Shown piece by piece: positions 27,666 through 36,539 of a DNA stretch of 64,000 nt. This DNA is from an uncultured Clostridia bacterium. GTDB taxonomy: Bacteria; Bacillota; Clostridia; TANB77; CAG-508. How positions within the stretch are numbered: position 1 is the first letter of the stretch; the number at the start of each line of letters is the position of its first letter. The DNA lies in the NCBI GenBank assembly GCA_947631745.1, contig CANRMM010000002.1, forward strand, positions 3,364 to 67,363, given 5' to 3'. A program made the translations under genes and the position numbers. The notes beneath the pieces are model-generated. The model made no database searches. It was not told where the DNA came from and saw nothing but the letters and a program-made list of their open reading frames with translations.

Positions 27666-27803
27666 TTTTAAAAAGCATAATAAAAAAACTTAATAAAACA
27701 TTTTATGACCAAACTAGTTGAAAACAAATAATAAGAATGATATATTTTATAAAACAATATTAGATGGAGGAAAAGAATTTATTTTTAAATAGGAGGAATT
27801 AAA

Positions 27804-28397
27804 ATGGCAAAAGAAGATGTAGTAAAAAATGCAGAATTAGCAAAAGAAGTATGGGATGGGATAAATGATGAAGATTTTATAAGAAAATGTGCTAATTTAA
27901 AGTTTAACAAAGAAGAATTTGAAAAATTAGGAATAATGAAGGGAGATAAAGGTTTTGAGGCTCATCTACAAGCTTGGCTGATAAATGTTATTAATGATTG
28001 TGAAAATTAGTATAATAAAGAATTAAAAGAAGCATTGGGATTAAATGAAATTTATTTCATTGGATCAGAATTGATTTTTCAAGAAGATGTTGTAAAAAGA
28101 GGACAAAGAGCAGATATAGTTATACATGATGGTAATGAAACAGTTTATATTTTGGAGCTAAAAACAGGTAAAGGATATCCTAGAAAAGATGGAAAAAGTC
28201 CTTATGAACAAGTTAAAGACTATGTAGAAAAATATAGAAAAGATAAATTATATGAAAAGCTATTATTAAATTATCCTATGGCAGAAAAATTAAAGAAAAT
28301 TAAAAAATATGAAGGATTTGTTGTTAAAGGAGATAAAAATACTGAAAAAATATGTAGAGATGAAAACAAAAATATAATAATGATACCAGAAAAATAA
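27804..28397 (+). pseudogene. PD-(D/E)XK nuclease-fold (NucS/DUF91-like) gene interrupted by one in-frame TAG
   Basis: ORFs 27804-28010 and 28035-28397 are in the same frame, separated by TAG (28008-28010) plus 8 sense codons; motif GQRADIVIHDGNETVYILELKTGKG. Confidence 0.5.
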
Positions 28398-28440
28398 AAC
28401 TTTTGAATAATAGGAAAAAATATTATAAAAGGAGAAAATT

Positions 28441-28959
28441 ATGAAAGACGAGACAGTAACTTATGAACAAGTTGAGCAACGATTAAAAAATAAGCCACAA
28501 GAACAATGGACAAAAAATGATGTATTCGATAGGTATGTTGGGTATGGAAGTCTAGAAGAGATGGAAAATTCAGAAGTACAAAAGCTTTTTATAAAGTATG
28601 AATTATATGAAGAATTAGTTAACTTAGTAGATAATGTTATTACAGATAAAGAAGTTGTAGAAAAGGTGCTTAATAGCAATATATTTGAGAAAAAAGAACT
28701 TCAAAAAATAAAGGGAAAAATAAAAGAGATAAATGTTTTAGAAATAGAAGATGACAAAATTGATGAGTTAAAACAGATTTTAATTACATTTGAAAAAGAA
28801 AATGGTATAGAACAGGTACAAATAAATGATTTTTGTCTTACATCAGATATAAAGCAATATTTAGGAGATAAAGTAAAGTATGAAAATAGAATGATAACAG
28901 CTATTGTAGAAGAAAATAATGAAAAATTAAATTTAAAATGTTTTTGCTTGGAGATATAG
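28441..28959 (+). CDS. hypothetical acidic protein
   Basis: ORF with SD AAAGGAGAA; no recognisable family. Confidence 0.35.
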   Translation: MKDETVTYEQVEQRLKNKPQEQWTKNDVFDRYVGYGSLEEMENSEVQKLFIKYELYEELVNLVDNVITDKEVVEKVLNSNIFEKKELQKIKGKIKEINVLEIEDDKIDELKQILITFEKENGIEQVQINDFCLTSDIKQYLGDKVKYENRMITAIVEENNEKLNLKCFCLEI

Positions 28960-29216
28960 TTATAGAAATATCTTATCGTAAATGGCTTTTAGTAGATGTG
29001 GCAAAAATATTATCAACTAATAATGATAATGGTATTGCGGAAGCGGAAACATAAAAAAAATATGAAAAATATTTTGGAAAATTATCAGTGGATTTTACTA
29101 ATTTACCTAATCAATTCTATTATGTTGAGCCACAAATTATAGATAATATAGAAGTATTTGAAATAACAAATAAACCTTACCTAGAGATGGAAGAAAAATT
29201 TTGTGGATATAATTAA
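28938..29216 (+). pseudogene. short ORF interrupted by in-frame TAA
   Basis: MFLLGDIVIEISYRKWLLVDVAKILSTNNDNGIAEAET*KKYEKYFGKLSVDFTNLPNQFYYVEPQIIDNIEVFEITNKPYLEMEEKFCGYN*, stop at 29052-29054. Confidence 0.3.
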
Positions 29217-29232
29217 TAAAATTATATATAAT

Positions 29233-29280
29233 AAAAAGAACTCTATTTAAATATGTATACCTAAATAGAGTTCTTTTTTA
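29233..29280. terminator. bidirectional terminator
   Basis: AGAACTCTATTTA / TAAATAGAGTTCT 13-bp stem between an A-run and a T-run. Confidence 0.8.
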
Positions 29281-29358
29281 CGCCTTACAAAGATATGTTC
29301 ATAATAATATAAACATATAATTGTGATTACGCAAAATTATTATTTTAGTGGGATAGAA

Positions 29359-29559
29359 CTATTTCATGTTGTTTTCTGCTTGTTGAATCATTTTTCTAAC
29401 CATTTGTCCACCTATTCTACCAGCGTCTTTTGAAGATAAATCTCCGTTATAACCTTGTTTTAAGTTAACACCAACTTCGCTAGCTACTTCATATTTGAAT
29501 TTGTCTAGAGCTTCTCTTGCTTCTGGAACAACTTTTTGATTGCTGTTTGAGTTTGCCAT
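29359..29559 (-). CDS. small acid-soluble spore protein, alpha/beta type
   Basis: MANSNSNQKVVPEAREALDKFKYEVASEVGV...GGQMVRKMIQQAE, classic SASP motifs; SD GGAGGTG. Confidence 0.9.
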   Translation of the reverse strand: MANSNSNQKVVPEAREALDKFKYEVASEVGVNLKQGYNGDLSSKDAGRIGGQMVRKMIQQAENNMK

Positions 29560-29794
29560 ATTTTTCACCTCCTAGAATGTGATACTGATATTTCTACTTT
29601 GAAAAAACAGTTTTGCTTTTTCAATATATATCTTGCACCATATCGATTTTTTTAAACTGGAAATTTTTGAGAACATGTTGTAAAACGAGAAATAAATGAT
29701 ATAATTTAGAAATAAAAAAGAAATTTGACAAAAAATGCATAAAAAAGTCGAAAGATAAAATAATAAAAAAAGCACATTTAGAGAGGAAGAGAGT

Positions 29795-30664
29795 ATGTAT
29801 AAATTAATTGCTATTGATTTAGATGGAACTTTATTAAATTCTTATGGTCAAGTATCAATAAGAAACAAAGAGGCTTTGATGAAAGCAAAAGAATCCGGTG
29901 CGGAAATTGTGTTAGCATCTGGAAGATCAACAAATTCTGTTCGCAATATTGCAAGTGATCTTGGAATTTGTCAATATATTATTTGTGGAAATGGTTCTTT
30001 AATATATGATTTGTCAAAAGAGGAAATAATATACGATAAATTTATCGATAAAAAAAAGGCTTTACAAATTATTCAAATTTGTGAAGAAAATAGTATATAT
30101 TATAATATTTATACAGAAGATATGGTGATTGCTAAGAGTTTAAGCAATAATGTTTTATTTTATTATCAAGAAAATAGTAATAAACCAGATAGTAAAAAAA
30201 CAAAAATTAATTTAGTACAAGATATCTATAAGTATGTAGAAGAACTTGAAAATCAAAATATTTTGAAAATAACAATTAGTGATAATGATAATATCATTTT
30301 TAATGGAATTATTCGTAAATTAAGGGAAGTAAAGGATATTGATGTTTTAGATGTAGCTCATATGTCAAGGAAGATTATAAAATCAGGAACAGAAGAAGTA
30401 TTGATTGAATATTATTATACTGAGATTACAAGCCAAAATGTTGACAAATGGTATGCATTACAGTATTTGATGGATACGTTAAATATTCCTAAAGACGAAG
30501 TAATTGCAATTGGAGATAATGTAAATGATAAAATTATGATTGAGAATGCTGGAGTGGGTGTAATAATGGGAAATAGTGCACCATATATTAAGGAAATTGC
30601 AGATATGGTAGTGGCAGATAATAACCAAGATGGAGTTGCGGAGGCAATTGAACAATTAGTATAA
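29795..30664 (+). CDS. Cof-type HAD-IIB phosphatase
   Basis: LIAIDLDGTLLNS...GDNVNDKIMIENAGVGVIMGNS. Confidence 0.85.
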   Translation: MYKLIAIDLDGTLLNSYGQVSIRNKEALMKAKESGAEIVLASGRSTNSVRNIASDLGICQYIICGNGSLIYDLSKEEIIYDKFIDKKKALQIIQICEENSIYYNIYTEDMVIAKSLSNNVLFYYQENSNKPDSKKTKINLVQDIYKYVEELENQNILKITISDNDNIIFNGIIRKLREVKDIDVLDVAHMSRKIIKSGTEEVLIEYYYTEITSQNVDKWYALQYLMDTLNIPKDEVIAIGDNVNDKIMIENAGVGVIMGNSAPYIKEIADMVVADNNQDGVAEAIEQLV

Positions 30665-30686
30665 ATAAAGGAATAAAAAAATAAAA

Positions 30687-30723
30687 AAAGCACATAATGT
30701 ATTTAAAACATTATGTGCTTTTT
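30687..30723 (+). terminator. terminator
   Basis: AAAGCACATAATGT / ACATTATGTGCTTT stem followed by T-run. Confidence 0.8.
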
Positions 30724-30734
30724 AGGAGGAAAAA

Positions 30735-30944
30735 ATGAATCGTAGGAAAGGAATTCGTGCAAGAAATAGTGGAAAAGAGATTAATCAAGATGGTCAAACT
30801 GAACAAATGAAAGAAGAAATAGGGGAGATTGAGGATGCTACAAAATATGGAGAGTTTGTATCTTCATATTTTACTTGGATTTCACCAGAAATACAAAAAC
30901 AGAAGGCAAAAGAACTAGAAGATATTACAAAGGAAGAAGAATAG
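30735..30944 (+). CDS. hypothetical small acidic protein
   Basis: ORF with SD AGGAGGA; no family recognised. Confidence 0.3.
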   Translation: MNRRKGIRARNSGKEINQDGQTEQMKEEIGEIEDATKYGEFVSSYFTWISPEIQKQKAKELEDITKEEE

Positions 30945-30984
30945 ATTGTTCACATAAAATTCACAAAAGAAAACAGAAAATGTA

Positions 30985-31012
30985 TTGACAATTTTTTAAG
31001 AGTGAGTATAAT
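30985..31012 (+). promoter_or_regulatory. sigma-A promoter of ctsR operon
   Basis: TTGACA (30985-30990), 16 nt spacer, TATAAT (31007-31012). Confidence 0.7.
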
Positions 31013-31020
31013 ATAATTAT

Positions 31021-31045
31021 AGGTCAAAGAAAGTCAAAGTCAAAA
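31021..31045 (+). promoter_or_regulatory. CtsR operator (tandem GTCAAA heptads)
   Basis: AGGTCAAAGAAAGTCAAAGTCAAAA matches the CtsR box (A/G)GTCAAA-NAN-(A/G)GTCAAA, with a third heptad, just downstream of the -10. Confidence 0.8.
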
Positions 31046-31062
31046 AACAAGAGGTGATAAAA

Positions 31063-31512
31063 ATGAGAATGTCGGATATGATAGAAGAATTTATAAAGGA
31101 ACTATTTCAAGATGAAGACTACATAGAAATACAGAGGAATGAGTTGGCAGAGCAATTTAACTGTGTACCATCACAAATTAATTATGTTATTGCCACAAGG
31201 TTTAAGCCAACCCAAGGATATTATGTAGAAAGTAAAAGAGGTGGTGGAGGATATATTAGTATTCGTAAAGTCAATATTACAAAAAGTAATTATTTGATGC
31301 ATATTGTTTCTAATATAGGAGATAAAATAACAGCACAAGAAGTTGATATTTTTATTAGTAATTTTCTATCATATAAAATGATTACAGAAAAAGAGGCAAA
31401 GCTATTAAAAGTAGCTACCAGTGATAATGTTCTTACTGTTCCGACAGAAATAAAAGATGAACTAAGAGCAAGAATTTTTAAAAATATGCTAATTAATTTA
31501 GTGGAAGATTAA
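31063..31512 (+). CDS. ctsR: class III stress gene repressor CtsR
   Basis: MRMSDMIEEFIKELF...VESKRGGGGYISI; operon context. Confidence 0.9.
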   Translation: MRMSDMIEEFIKELFQDEDYIEIQRNELAEQFNCVPSQINYVIATRFKPTQGYYVESKRGGGGYISIRKVNITKSNYLMHIVSNIGDKITAQEVDIFISNFLSYKMITEKEAKLLKVATSDNVLTVPTEIKDELRARIFKNMLINLVED

Positions 31513-31543
31513 TATTTGTAAATAAAATAAAGGAGTGATTTTT

Positions 31544-32137
31544 ATGAAATGTCAAAATTGTGGAAAAAATGAGGTAAATTTTCGTTATACGCAAGTTGTA
31601 AATGGCGTAAAGAAAGAAATGCATTTATGCGATAAGTGTGCGAGAGAGTTGGGATTGGAAGGCTTAGATTTTAGCATGCCAATTAATTTTTCAAGTTTCT
31701 TCAGTGATTTCTTTAATGATACAGAGGGGTTATTACCAAGTTTTGCAAAAACAGATGTATTAAGTTGCGATAAATGTGGAACAACTTTTGAAGATTTTGT
31801 AAGCTCTGGTGAGTTTGGTTGTGGCAACTGTTATATTACATTTGCAGATAGAATTTCTCCGGTATTGAAAAATTTGCATGGTTCAAATAAACATATTGGA
31901 AGAGGATATAAAGAAAGTATTGATGAATTAGAATATAACAAATCAAATTTTGAGAAAAGTCAAAAAGAAAAACAAGGTGCAGAGGATAAAGTTGATGAGA
32001 AAGCTGAAAAAGTAGCAGAGGAGAAGAGTAAAATTGCAAAACTTAAGAGAGATTTGCAAAAGGCAATTAAAGAAGAAAGATATGAGGATGCAGCAAAAAT
32101 TAGAGATGAAATAAAAAAGCTAGAAGAAAATAAATAA
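31544..32137 (+). CDS. mcsA: McsA (zinc-finger / UVR motif protein, activator of McsB)
   Basis: MKCQNCGKNEV...CDKC...CDKCG...CGNCY Cys clusters and C-terminal UVR motif EERYEDAAKIRDEIKKLE. Confidence 0.85.
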   Translation: MKCQNCGKNEVNFRYTQVVNGVKKEMHLCDKCARELGLEGLDFSMPINFSSFFSDFFNDTEGLLPSFAKTDVLSCDKCGTTFEDFVSSGEFGCGNCYITFADRISPVLKNLHGSNKHIGRGYKESIDELEYNKSNFEKSQKEKQGAEDKVDEKAEKVAEEKSKIAKLKRDLQKAIKEERYEDAAKIRDEIKKLEENK

Positions 32138-32215
32138 GAGCAGATTAAGTTTTAGTTTTGAGTTTTAGTTAGAAGAATTAAATTATTTTGTAAAAAGAAA
32201 AAATATAACAAGGTA

Positions 32216-32267
32216 TGTCCCCAAAGTGACAAAAGTGTCACAAAAAGGAACGTCCCCAAAGTGACAA
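32216..32267 (+). repeat. interspersed structured repeat, copy 1 (in mcsA-mcsB spacer)
   Basis: TGTCCCCAAAGTGACAAAAGTGTCACAAAAAGGAACGTCCCCAAAGTGACAA; internal direct repeat GTCCCCAAAGTGACAA x2 and palindrome GTGACA-N4-TGTCAC; second copy inverted at 63535-63586. Confidence 0.85.
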
Positions 32268-32279
32268 GGAGGAGATAAA

Positions 32280-33296
32280 ATGGCAAATTGGTATTTGCAG
32301 AATGGTAGAGATTCTGATGTGGTTATTAGTTCGAGAGTGAGACTTGCGAGAAATATAGAGGATTTCCCTTTTACAACAAAGTGTACTACTGCGGATTTGA
32401 ATAAGATTTTGGATATGATAAAGGAGGTAACTCCAAGTATTGGATATGGTTTGAAGTTTATTGATTTGAAGGATATTGATGATATTACGAAAATTACCTT
32501 AATCGAGAAACATATGATTAGTCCTGATTTTGCTATGAAAAAGAATGAAAATGGTGCAATTTTAGTTAATGATGATGAAAATATTTGTATAATGATTCAT
32601 GATGAGGATCATATTAAATTGCAAGTTTTTTCTTCTGGCCAAGATTTGGAAAATTTGATGAATTTGGCAATAGAAATTGATGAAAAATTAGGAGAGTTAG
32701 TTCGCTATTCTTATAGCAATCAATTTGGATTTTTAACAGTATCTCCAACAAATGTTGGTACAGGAATGCAAGCATCTGTTATGGTTCATTTGCCAGCTCT
32801 TACACTAACAGGAAATATTAATAAAGTATTACACATCGTTAATAATTTTGGTATGAATGTACGAGGAATATATGGTGAAGGAACACAAGTACAAGGTGAT
32901 ATCTATCAAATTTCAAATAATCAGACATTAGGATTAACAGAAAAAGAAATTATTAAAAACTTAAAAACAATTACAGATAAAGTTATTGAACAAGAGAGAT
33001 TAGCAAGAAAGTATTTAACAAAAGATTCTGTTTCATTGGAAGATAGAGTTTATAGAGCATATGGAATTTTAAAATATGCTACTAAATTAACTTCTGATGA
33101 ATGTAGAAAGTTATTATCAGATGTGAAATTAGGAACTGATTTGGGTATTATCAAAGAGTTATCTGATGCGAAAGTGAGCAAGTTAAATTTATACACTAAA
33201 CCAGGAAATTTACAAAAATATTTAGGAAAGCAATTAGAGGGATATGATAGAGATATAAAGAGGACAGAAGTGATAAAACAGATTTTAGCAGAATAA
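32280..33296 (+). CDS. mcsB: protein arginine kinase McsB
   Basis: ISSRVRLARNIEDFPF...IMIHDEDHIKLQVF...PTNVGTGMQASVMVHLPAL phosphagen-kinase-type motifs. Confidence 0.9.
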   Translation: MANWYLQNGRDSDVVISSRVRLARNIEDFPFTTKCTTADLNKILDMIKEVTPSIGYGLKFIDLKDIDDITKITLIEKHMISPDFAMKKNENGAILVNDDENICIMIHDEDHIKLQVFSSGQDLENLMNLAIEIDEKLGELVRYSYSNQFGFLTVSPTNVGTGMQASVMVHLPALTLTGNINKVLHIVNNFGMNVRGIYGEGTQVQGDIYQISNNQTLGLTEKEIIKNLKTITDKVIEQERLARKYLTKDSVSLEDRVYRAYGILKYATKLTSDECRKLLSDVKLGTDLGIIKELSDAKVSKLNLYTKPGNLQKYLGKQLEGYDRDIKRTEVIKQILAE

Positions 33297-33345
33297 TGTA
33301 TGAAAATAGATTGAATTGCAAACTAATTGAGAAAGGAGACTAGAA

Positions 33346-35796
33346 ATGATATACAAATTTACAAATCGTGCTGAGAAAGCAATTGAAATTGCAAATAGTA
33401 TTGCAATGGAATTAGGTCATAATTATATTGGCACAGAGCATTTATTATATGGTTTATCAAAAGAAGGAAATGGCGTAGCTAGCAAAGTTTTAGAATCACA
33501 GGGAATTATTCCTGATAGAATTGTAGAAGAAATTGAAAATCTTATAGGTATAGGAGATACGATTAATGATTCTAGCACAATTGGCTTTACACCAAGGACA
33601 AAAAGAGTAGTAGAGAGTGCTTTTTTAGAAGCTCGTAAATTAGGTTCAGAATTTATTGGCACAGAACATTTATTAATAGGAATTATGCGTGAGGGAGACA
33701 GTGTGGCTGTTAGAATTATGATGGACTTAAATGTTAATCCTCAAAAATTATATAATGAAATTGTAAATGTAATTCGAGAAGATGAAAATGCTACTAATAG
33801 TTCTAATCAAAATAATGTAAAAAATAAGGGAAGCTTTCATCAAACACCAACTTTAAATCAGTTTGGAAATGATTTAACAAAACAGGCAACAGAAGGAAAA
33901 CTTGACCCTGTTATAGGAAGAAAGAGTGAAATTGAAAGAGTTATACAAATTCTTTCGAGGAGGACAAAAAATAATCCATGTTTAATAGGTGAACCTGGTG
34001 TTGGTAAAACTGCTGTAGTGGAAGGACTAGCAGAGAAAATTGTTGCAGAGGATGTCCCTGAAACTTTAAAGAATAAAAGAGTAGTTAGTTTAGATATTTC
34101 GAGTATGGTGGCTGGTGCTAAATATAGAGGTGACTTTGAAGAGAGAATAAAAAAATGTCTGTCTGAAGTAAAAAAAGTGGGAGATGTTATTTTATTCATT
34201 GATGAAATTCATACAATTGTTGGTGCTGGTTCAGCAGAAGGAGCAGTTGATGCGGCAAATATTTTAAAACCATTACTTGCAAGAGGAGAAGTTCAAGTTA
34301 TTGGTGCTACAACTTTAAATGAATATCGTAAATACATTGAAAAGGATGCTGCTTTAGAAAGAAGGTTTAGTCCTGTTACTGTAGGAGAACCAACGATAGA
34401 AGAAACGATAAAAATATTAGAAGGTATTCAGGATAAATATGAAGCACATCATAATGTTAAAATTACACCAGAAGCAATTAAGTCGGCTGTTAATTTATCA
34501 GTTCGATATATTAATGATAGATTTTTACCAGATAAAGCTATTGATTTAGTTGATGAAGCGGCTTCACGTGTTAAAATGAAAACATATACAATGCCGGATA
34601 GTATTAAGGAATTGGAAGAGAAAATTGCAGAGATTGATAAGGAAAAAGAAGATGCTATTCGTATGCAAGATTTTGAAAAAGCAGCGACTTTGAGAGATGA
34701 AGAAAAAGAGAAAAAGGATAAGTTAGAAAAAGAAAAGGAAAAATGGAAAAATAAAAATACGAGAAATGTTATTACATTAACAGAAGAAGATATTGCTAGT
34801 GTTATTGCAAGTTGGACAAATATACCAGCTAATAAAATTACACAGGATGAAAATGAAAAATTGAAAAATTTAGAGGAAACATTACATCAAAGAGTTATTG
34901 GACAAGATGAGGCTGTGAAGGCAGTGGCTAAGGCTATTAGAAGAGGAAGAGTAGGACTAAAGGATCCAAACAGACCAATTGGCTCATTCTTATTTTTGGG
35001 ACCTACAGGAGTAGGAAAAACAGAACTTTCAAAGGCTTTAGCAGAAAGCCTATTTGGAAATGAAAATGCAATGATAAGAGTTGATATGTCTGAATATATG
35101 GAACCACATTCAGTTTCAAAATTAATTGGTTCACCTCCAGGATATGTTGGATATGATGAAGGGGGACAATTAACGGAAAAAATTAGAAGAAAGCCATATT
35201 CTGTTATCCTTTTTGATGAAATTGAAAAAGCACATCCAGATGTTATGAATATGTTATTACAAATATTAGATGATGGAAGATTGACAGATGCTACTGGTAG
35301 AACAGTTAATTTTAAGAATACAGTTATTATTATGACTTCTAATATTGGTGCAAGGTTGATTACAGATAAAACAACTTTAGGATTTTCTGTTGGAAGTGAT
35401 TCAGATGAGTCAAGACAAAAAGAATATGAAAATACCAAAAAAGATGTTATGGCTGAATTAAAAAAGCAATTTAGACCTGAATTTATTAATCGTATAGATG
35501 AAATTATTGTATTCCATAAATTAAATCAAGAAGACATTGATAAAATTATTGATATTATGTTAAAACAAGTACAATCACGTTTAAAAGAACAAGAGATGGA
35601 TGTTGAATTTGATGATTCTGTTAAAGGATTTATTTCTAAAAAAGGAATTGATATTAATTATGGAGCACGTCCATTAAAGAGAGCTATTCAAAGTCATTTA
35701 GAAGATCGTATTGCTGAGGCTATATTAGATGGAAAAATTAAAAAGAAAAAGAAAGTAAAGGTTTCTGTCGAAAATGATGAAGTAACAATTAAATAA
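33346..35796 (+). CDS. clpC: ATP-dependent Clp protease ATP-binding subunit ClpC
   Basis: Two Clp_N repeats, two AAA+ modules (GEPGVGKTA, GPTGVGKTE), UVR motif MQDFEKAATLRDEE. Confidence 0.95.
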   Translation: MIYKFTNRAEKAIEIANSIAMELGHNYIGTEHLLYGLSKEGNGVASKVLESQGIIPDRIVEEIENLIGIGDTINDSSTIGFTPRTKRVVESAFLEARKLGSEFIGTEHLLIGIMREGDSVAVRIMMDLNVNPQKLYNEIVNVIREDENATNSSNQNNVKNKGSFHQTPTLNQFGNDLTKQATEGKLDPVIGRKSEIERVIQILSRRTKNNPCLIGEPGVGKTAVVEGLAEKIVAEDVPETLKNKRVVSLDISSMVAGAKYRGDFEERIKKCLSEVKKVGDVILFIDEIHTIVGAGSAEGAVDAANILKPLLARGEVQVIGATTLNEYRKYIEKDAALERRFSPVTVGEPTIEETIKILEGIQDKYEAHHNVKITPEAIKSAVNLSVRYINDRFLPDKAIDLVDEAASRVKMKTYTMPDSIKELEEKIAEIDKEKEDAIRMQDFEKAATLRDEEKEKKDKLEKEKEKWKNKNTRNVITLTEEDIASVIASWTNIPANKITQDENEKLKNLEETLHQRVIGQDEAVKAVAKAIRRGRVGLKDPNRPIGSFLFLGPTGVGKTELSKALAESLFGNENAMIRVDMSEYMEPHSVSKLIGSPPGYVGYDEGGQLTEKIRRKPYSVILFDEIEKAHPDVMNMLLQILDDGRLTDATGRTVNFKNTVIIMTSNIGARLITDKTTLGFSVGSDSDESRQKEYENTKKDVMAELKKQFRPEFINRIDEIIVFHKLNQEDIDKIIDIMLKQVQSRLKEQEMDVEFDDSVKGFISKKGIDINYGARPLKRAIQSHLEDRIAEAILDGKIKKKKKVKVSVENDEVTIK

Positions 35797-35827
35797 AAGT
35801 GTATATGTGTCAATATGTGATAGAAGC

Positions 35828-35856
35828 TTGAGTAAATCAACATAATGTGTTATAAT
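35828..35856 (+). promoter_or_regulatory. near-consensus extended -10 promoter in front of the G+C-rich ORF
   Basis: TTGAGT (35828-35833), 17 nt spacer, TGt TATAAT (35848-35856). Confidence 0.6.
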
Positions 35857-35900
35857 AAATATGTGTTACCCTTATATAAAAATTAAAAGGAGGTATTATC

Positions 35901-36458
35901 ATGGGTTACACTTACATTCACAAGGTCGCCAACCAGAGAAAGGACGCAGTCCGCATTACGTGCGAGGGCGACATCCCTGAGTTCCTGAAAGGGAGCATCC
36001 GGTTCCAGAATGATGCTACCTTGGTTCTCGACTGTGTCGAGGGATCTGAGCTCACGAGAGTGGGTGTGGTCGTCGGCTATGAGAAGTCTGAGCGGACGCC
36101 TAGCGGCTACAACTGCTGGGTCATCGGCAATGCTGCCACCAATCTGATGGAGATTGATGGGGTCTTTTATAAGAAGGCCACTATCCTGAAGGCGATGGCT
36201 GTTTCCGATGAGTTCCCGAAATTCCTCACTGGTGCTATCATTCGCCACAACAACGACGGTTCCTGGACTATCAAGACCGATTGGGGTGAGTCTACGGGCT
36301 TCCCTGGAAAGGCCTACTGGGTTCTGTACGGGACAAAGGCTGATGGTACTCCGGATGCCAATATCCTTACCAAGACGGAAAAGTCCTATCAGGATTATGT
36401 CGTCTGTGACGAGGATGGACAGGATATCGGGCTTCTCTGCGAAATCGATCCGACCTAA
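35901..36458 (+). CDS. orphan 185-aa protein of unknown family, compositionally foreign (G+C-rich)
   Basis: SD AAAGGAGGT 6 nt upstream of the ATG; G/C-ending codons throughout (AAG, CTG, GGC, ATC, GAC); internal duplication IPEFLKGSIRFQND / FPKFLTGAIIRHNND; no signal peptide or TM. Confidence 0.7.
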   Translation: MGYTYIHKVANQRKDAVRITCEGDIPEFLKGSIRFQNDATLVLDCVEGSELTRVGVVVGYEKSERTPSGYNCWVIGNAATNLMEIDGVFYKKATILKAMAVSDEFPKFLTGAIIRHNNDGSWTIKTDWGESTGFPGKAYWVLYGTKADGTPDANILTKTEKSYQDYVVCDEDGQDIGLLCEIDPT

Positions 36459-36511
36459 AAGTATCTCCTCAACCGATGAAGTTCCATTAGCTTCTAGGTT
36501 GTAAAAAACAC

Positions 36512-36539
36512 AAAGCTTCCACTCATTTGTGGAAGCTTT
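36512..36539. terminator. bidirectional terminator shared with convergent CDF gene
   Basis: AAAGCTTCCAC tcattt GTGGAAGCTTT, with an A-run before and T's after. Confidence 0.8.

Noticed and set aside
28008-28010. In-frame TAG as pyrrolysine or programmed read-through
   Set aside because: TAG is used as an ordinary terminator nearby (e.g. 28957-28959, 14561-14563). No pyl genes are in the window. A nonsense mutation is simpler.
29560-29640. Forespore sigma-G type promoter upstream of the SASP gene
   Set aside because: A CATTCTA-like -10 can be read. I could not place a convincing -35 at the right spacing, so it is not called.
35821-36500. Target-site duplication or terminal repeats flanking the G+C-rich island (TAGAAGCT at about 35821 and, as rc, at about 36489)
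   Set aside because: The match is only 8 bp, inverted, and easily a chance match. No convincing insertion scars were found.
35883-36504. ORFs 35883-36248 (minus, 121 aa) and 36208-36504 (plus, 98 aa) overlapping the G+C-rich gene
   Set aside because: They have no SD or sensible start context and overlap the well-signalled 185-aa ORF. Long shadow ORFs are an expected by-product of G+C-rich coding sequence.
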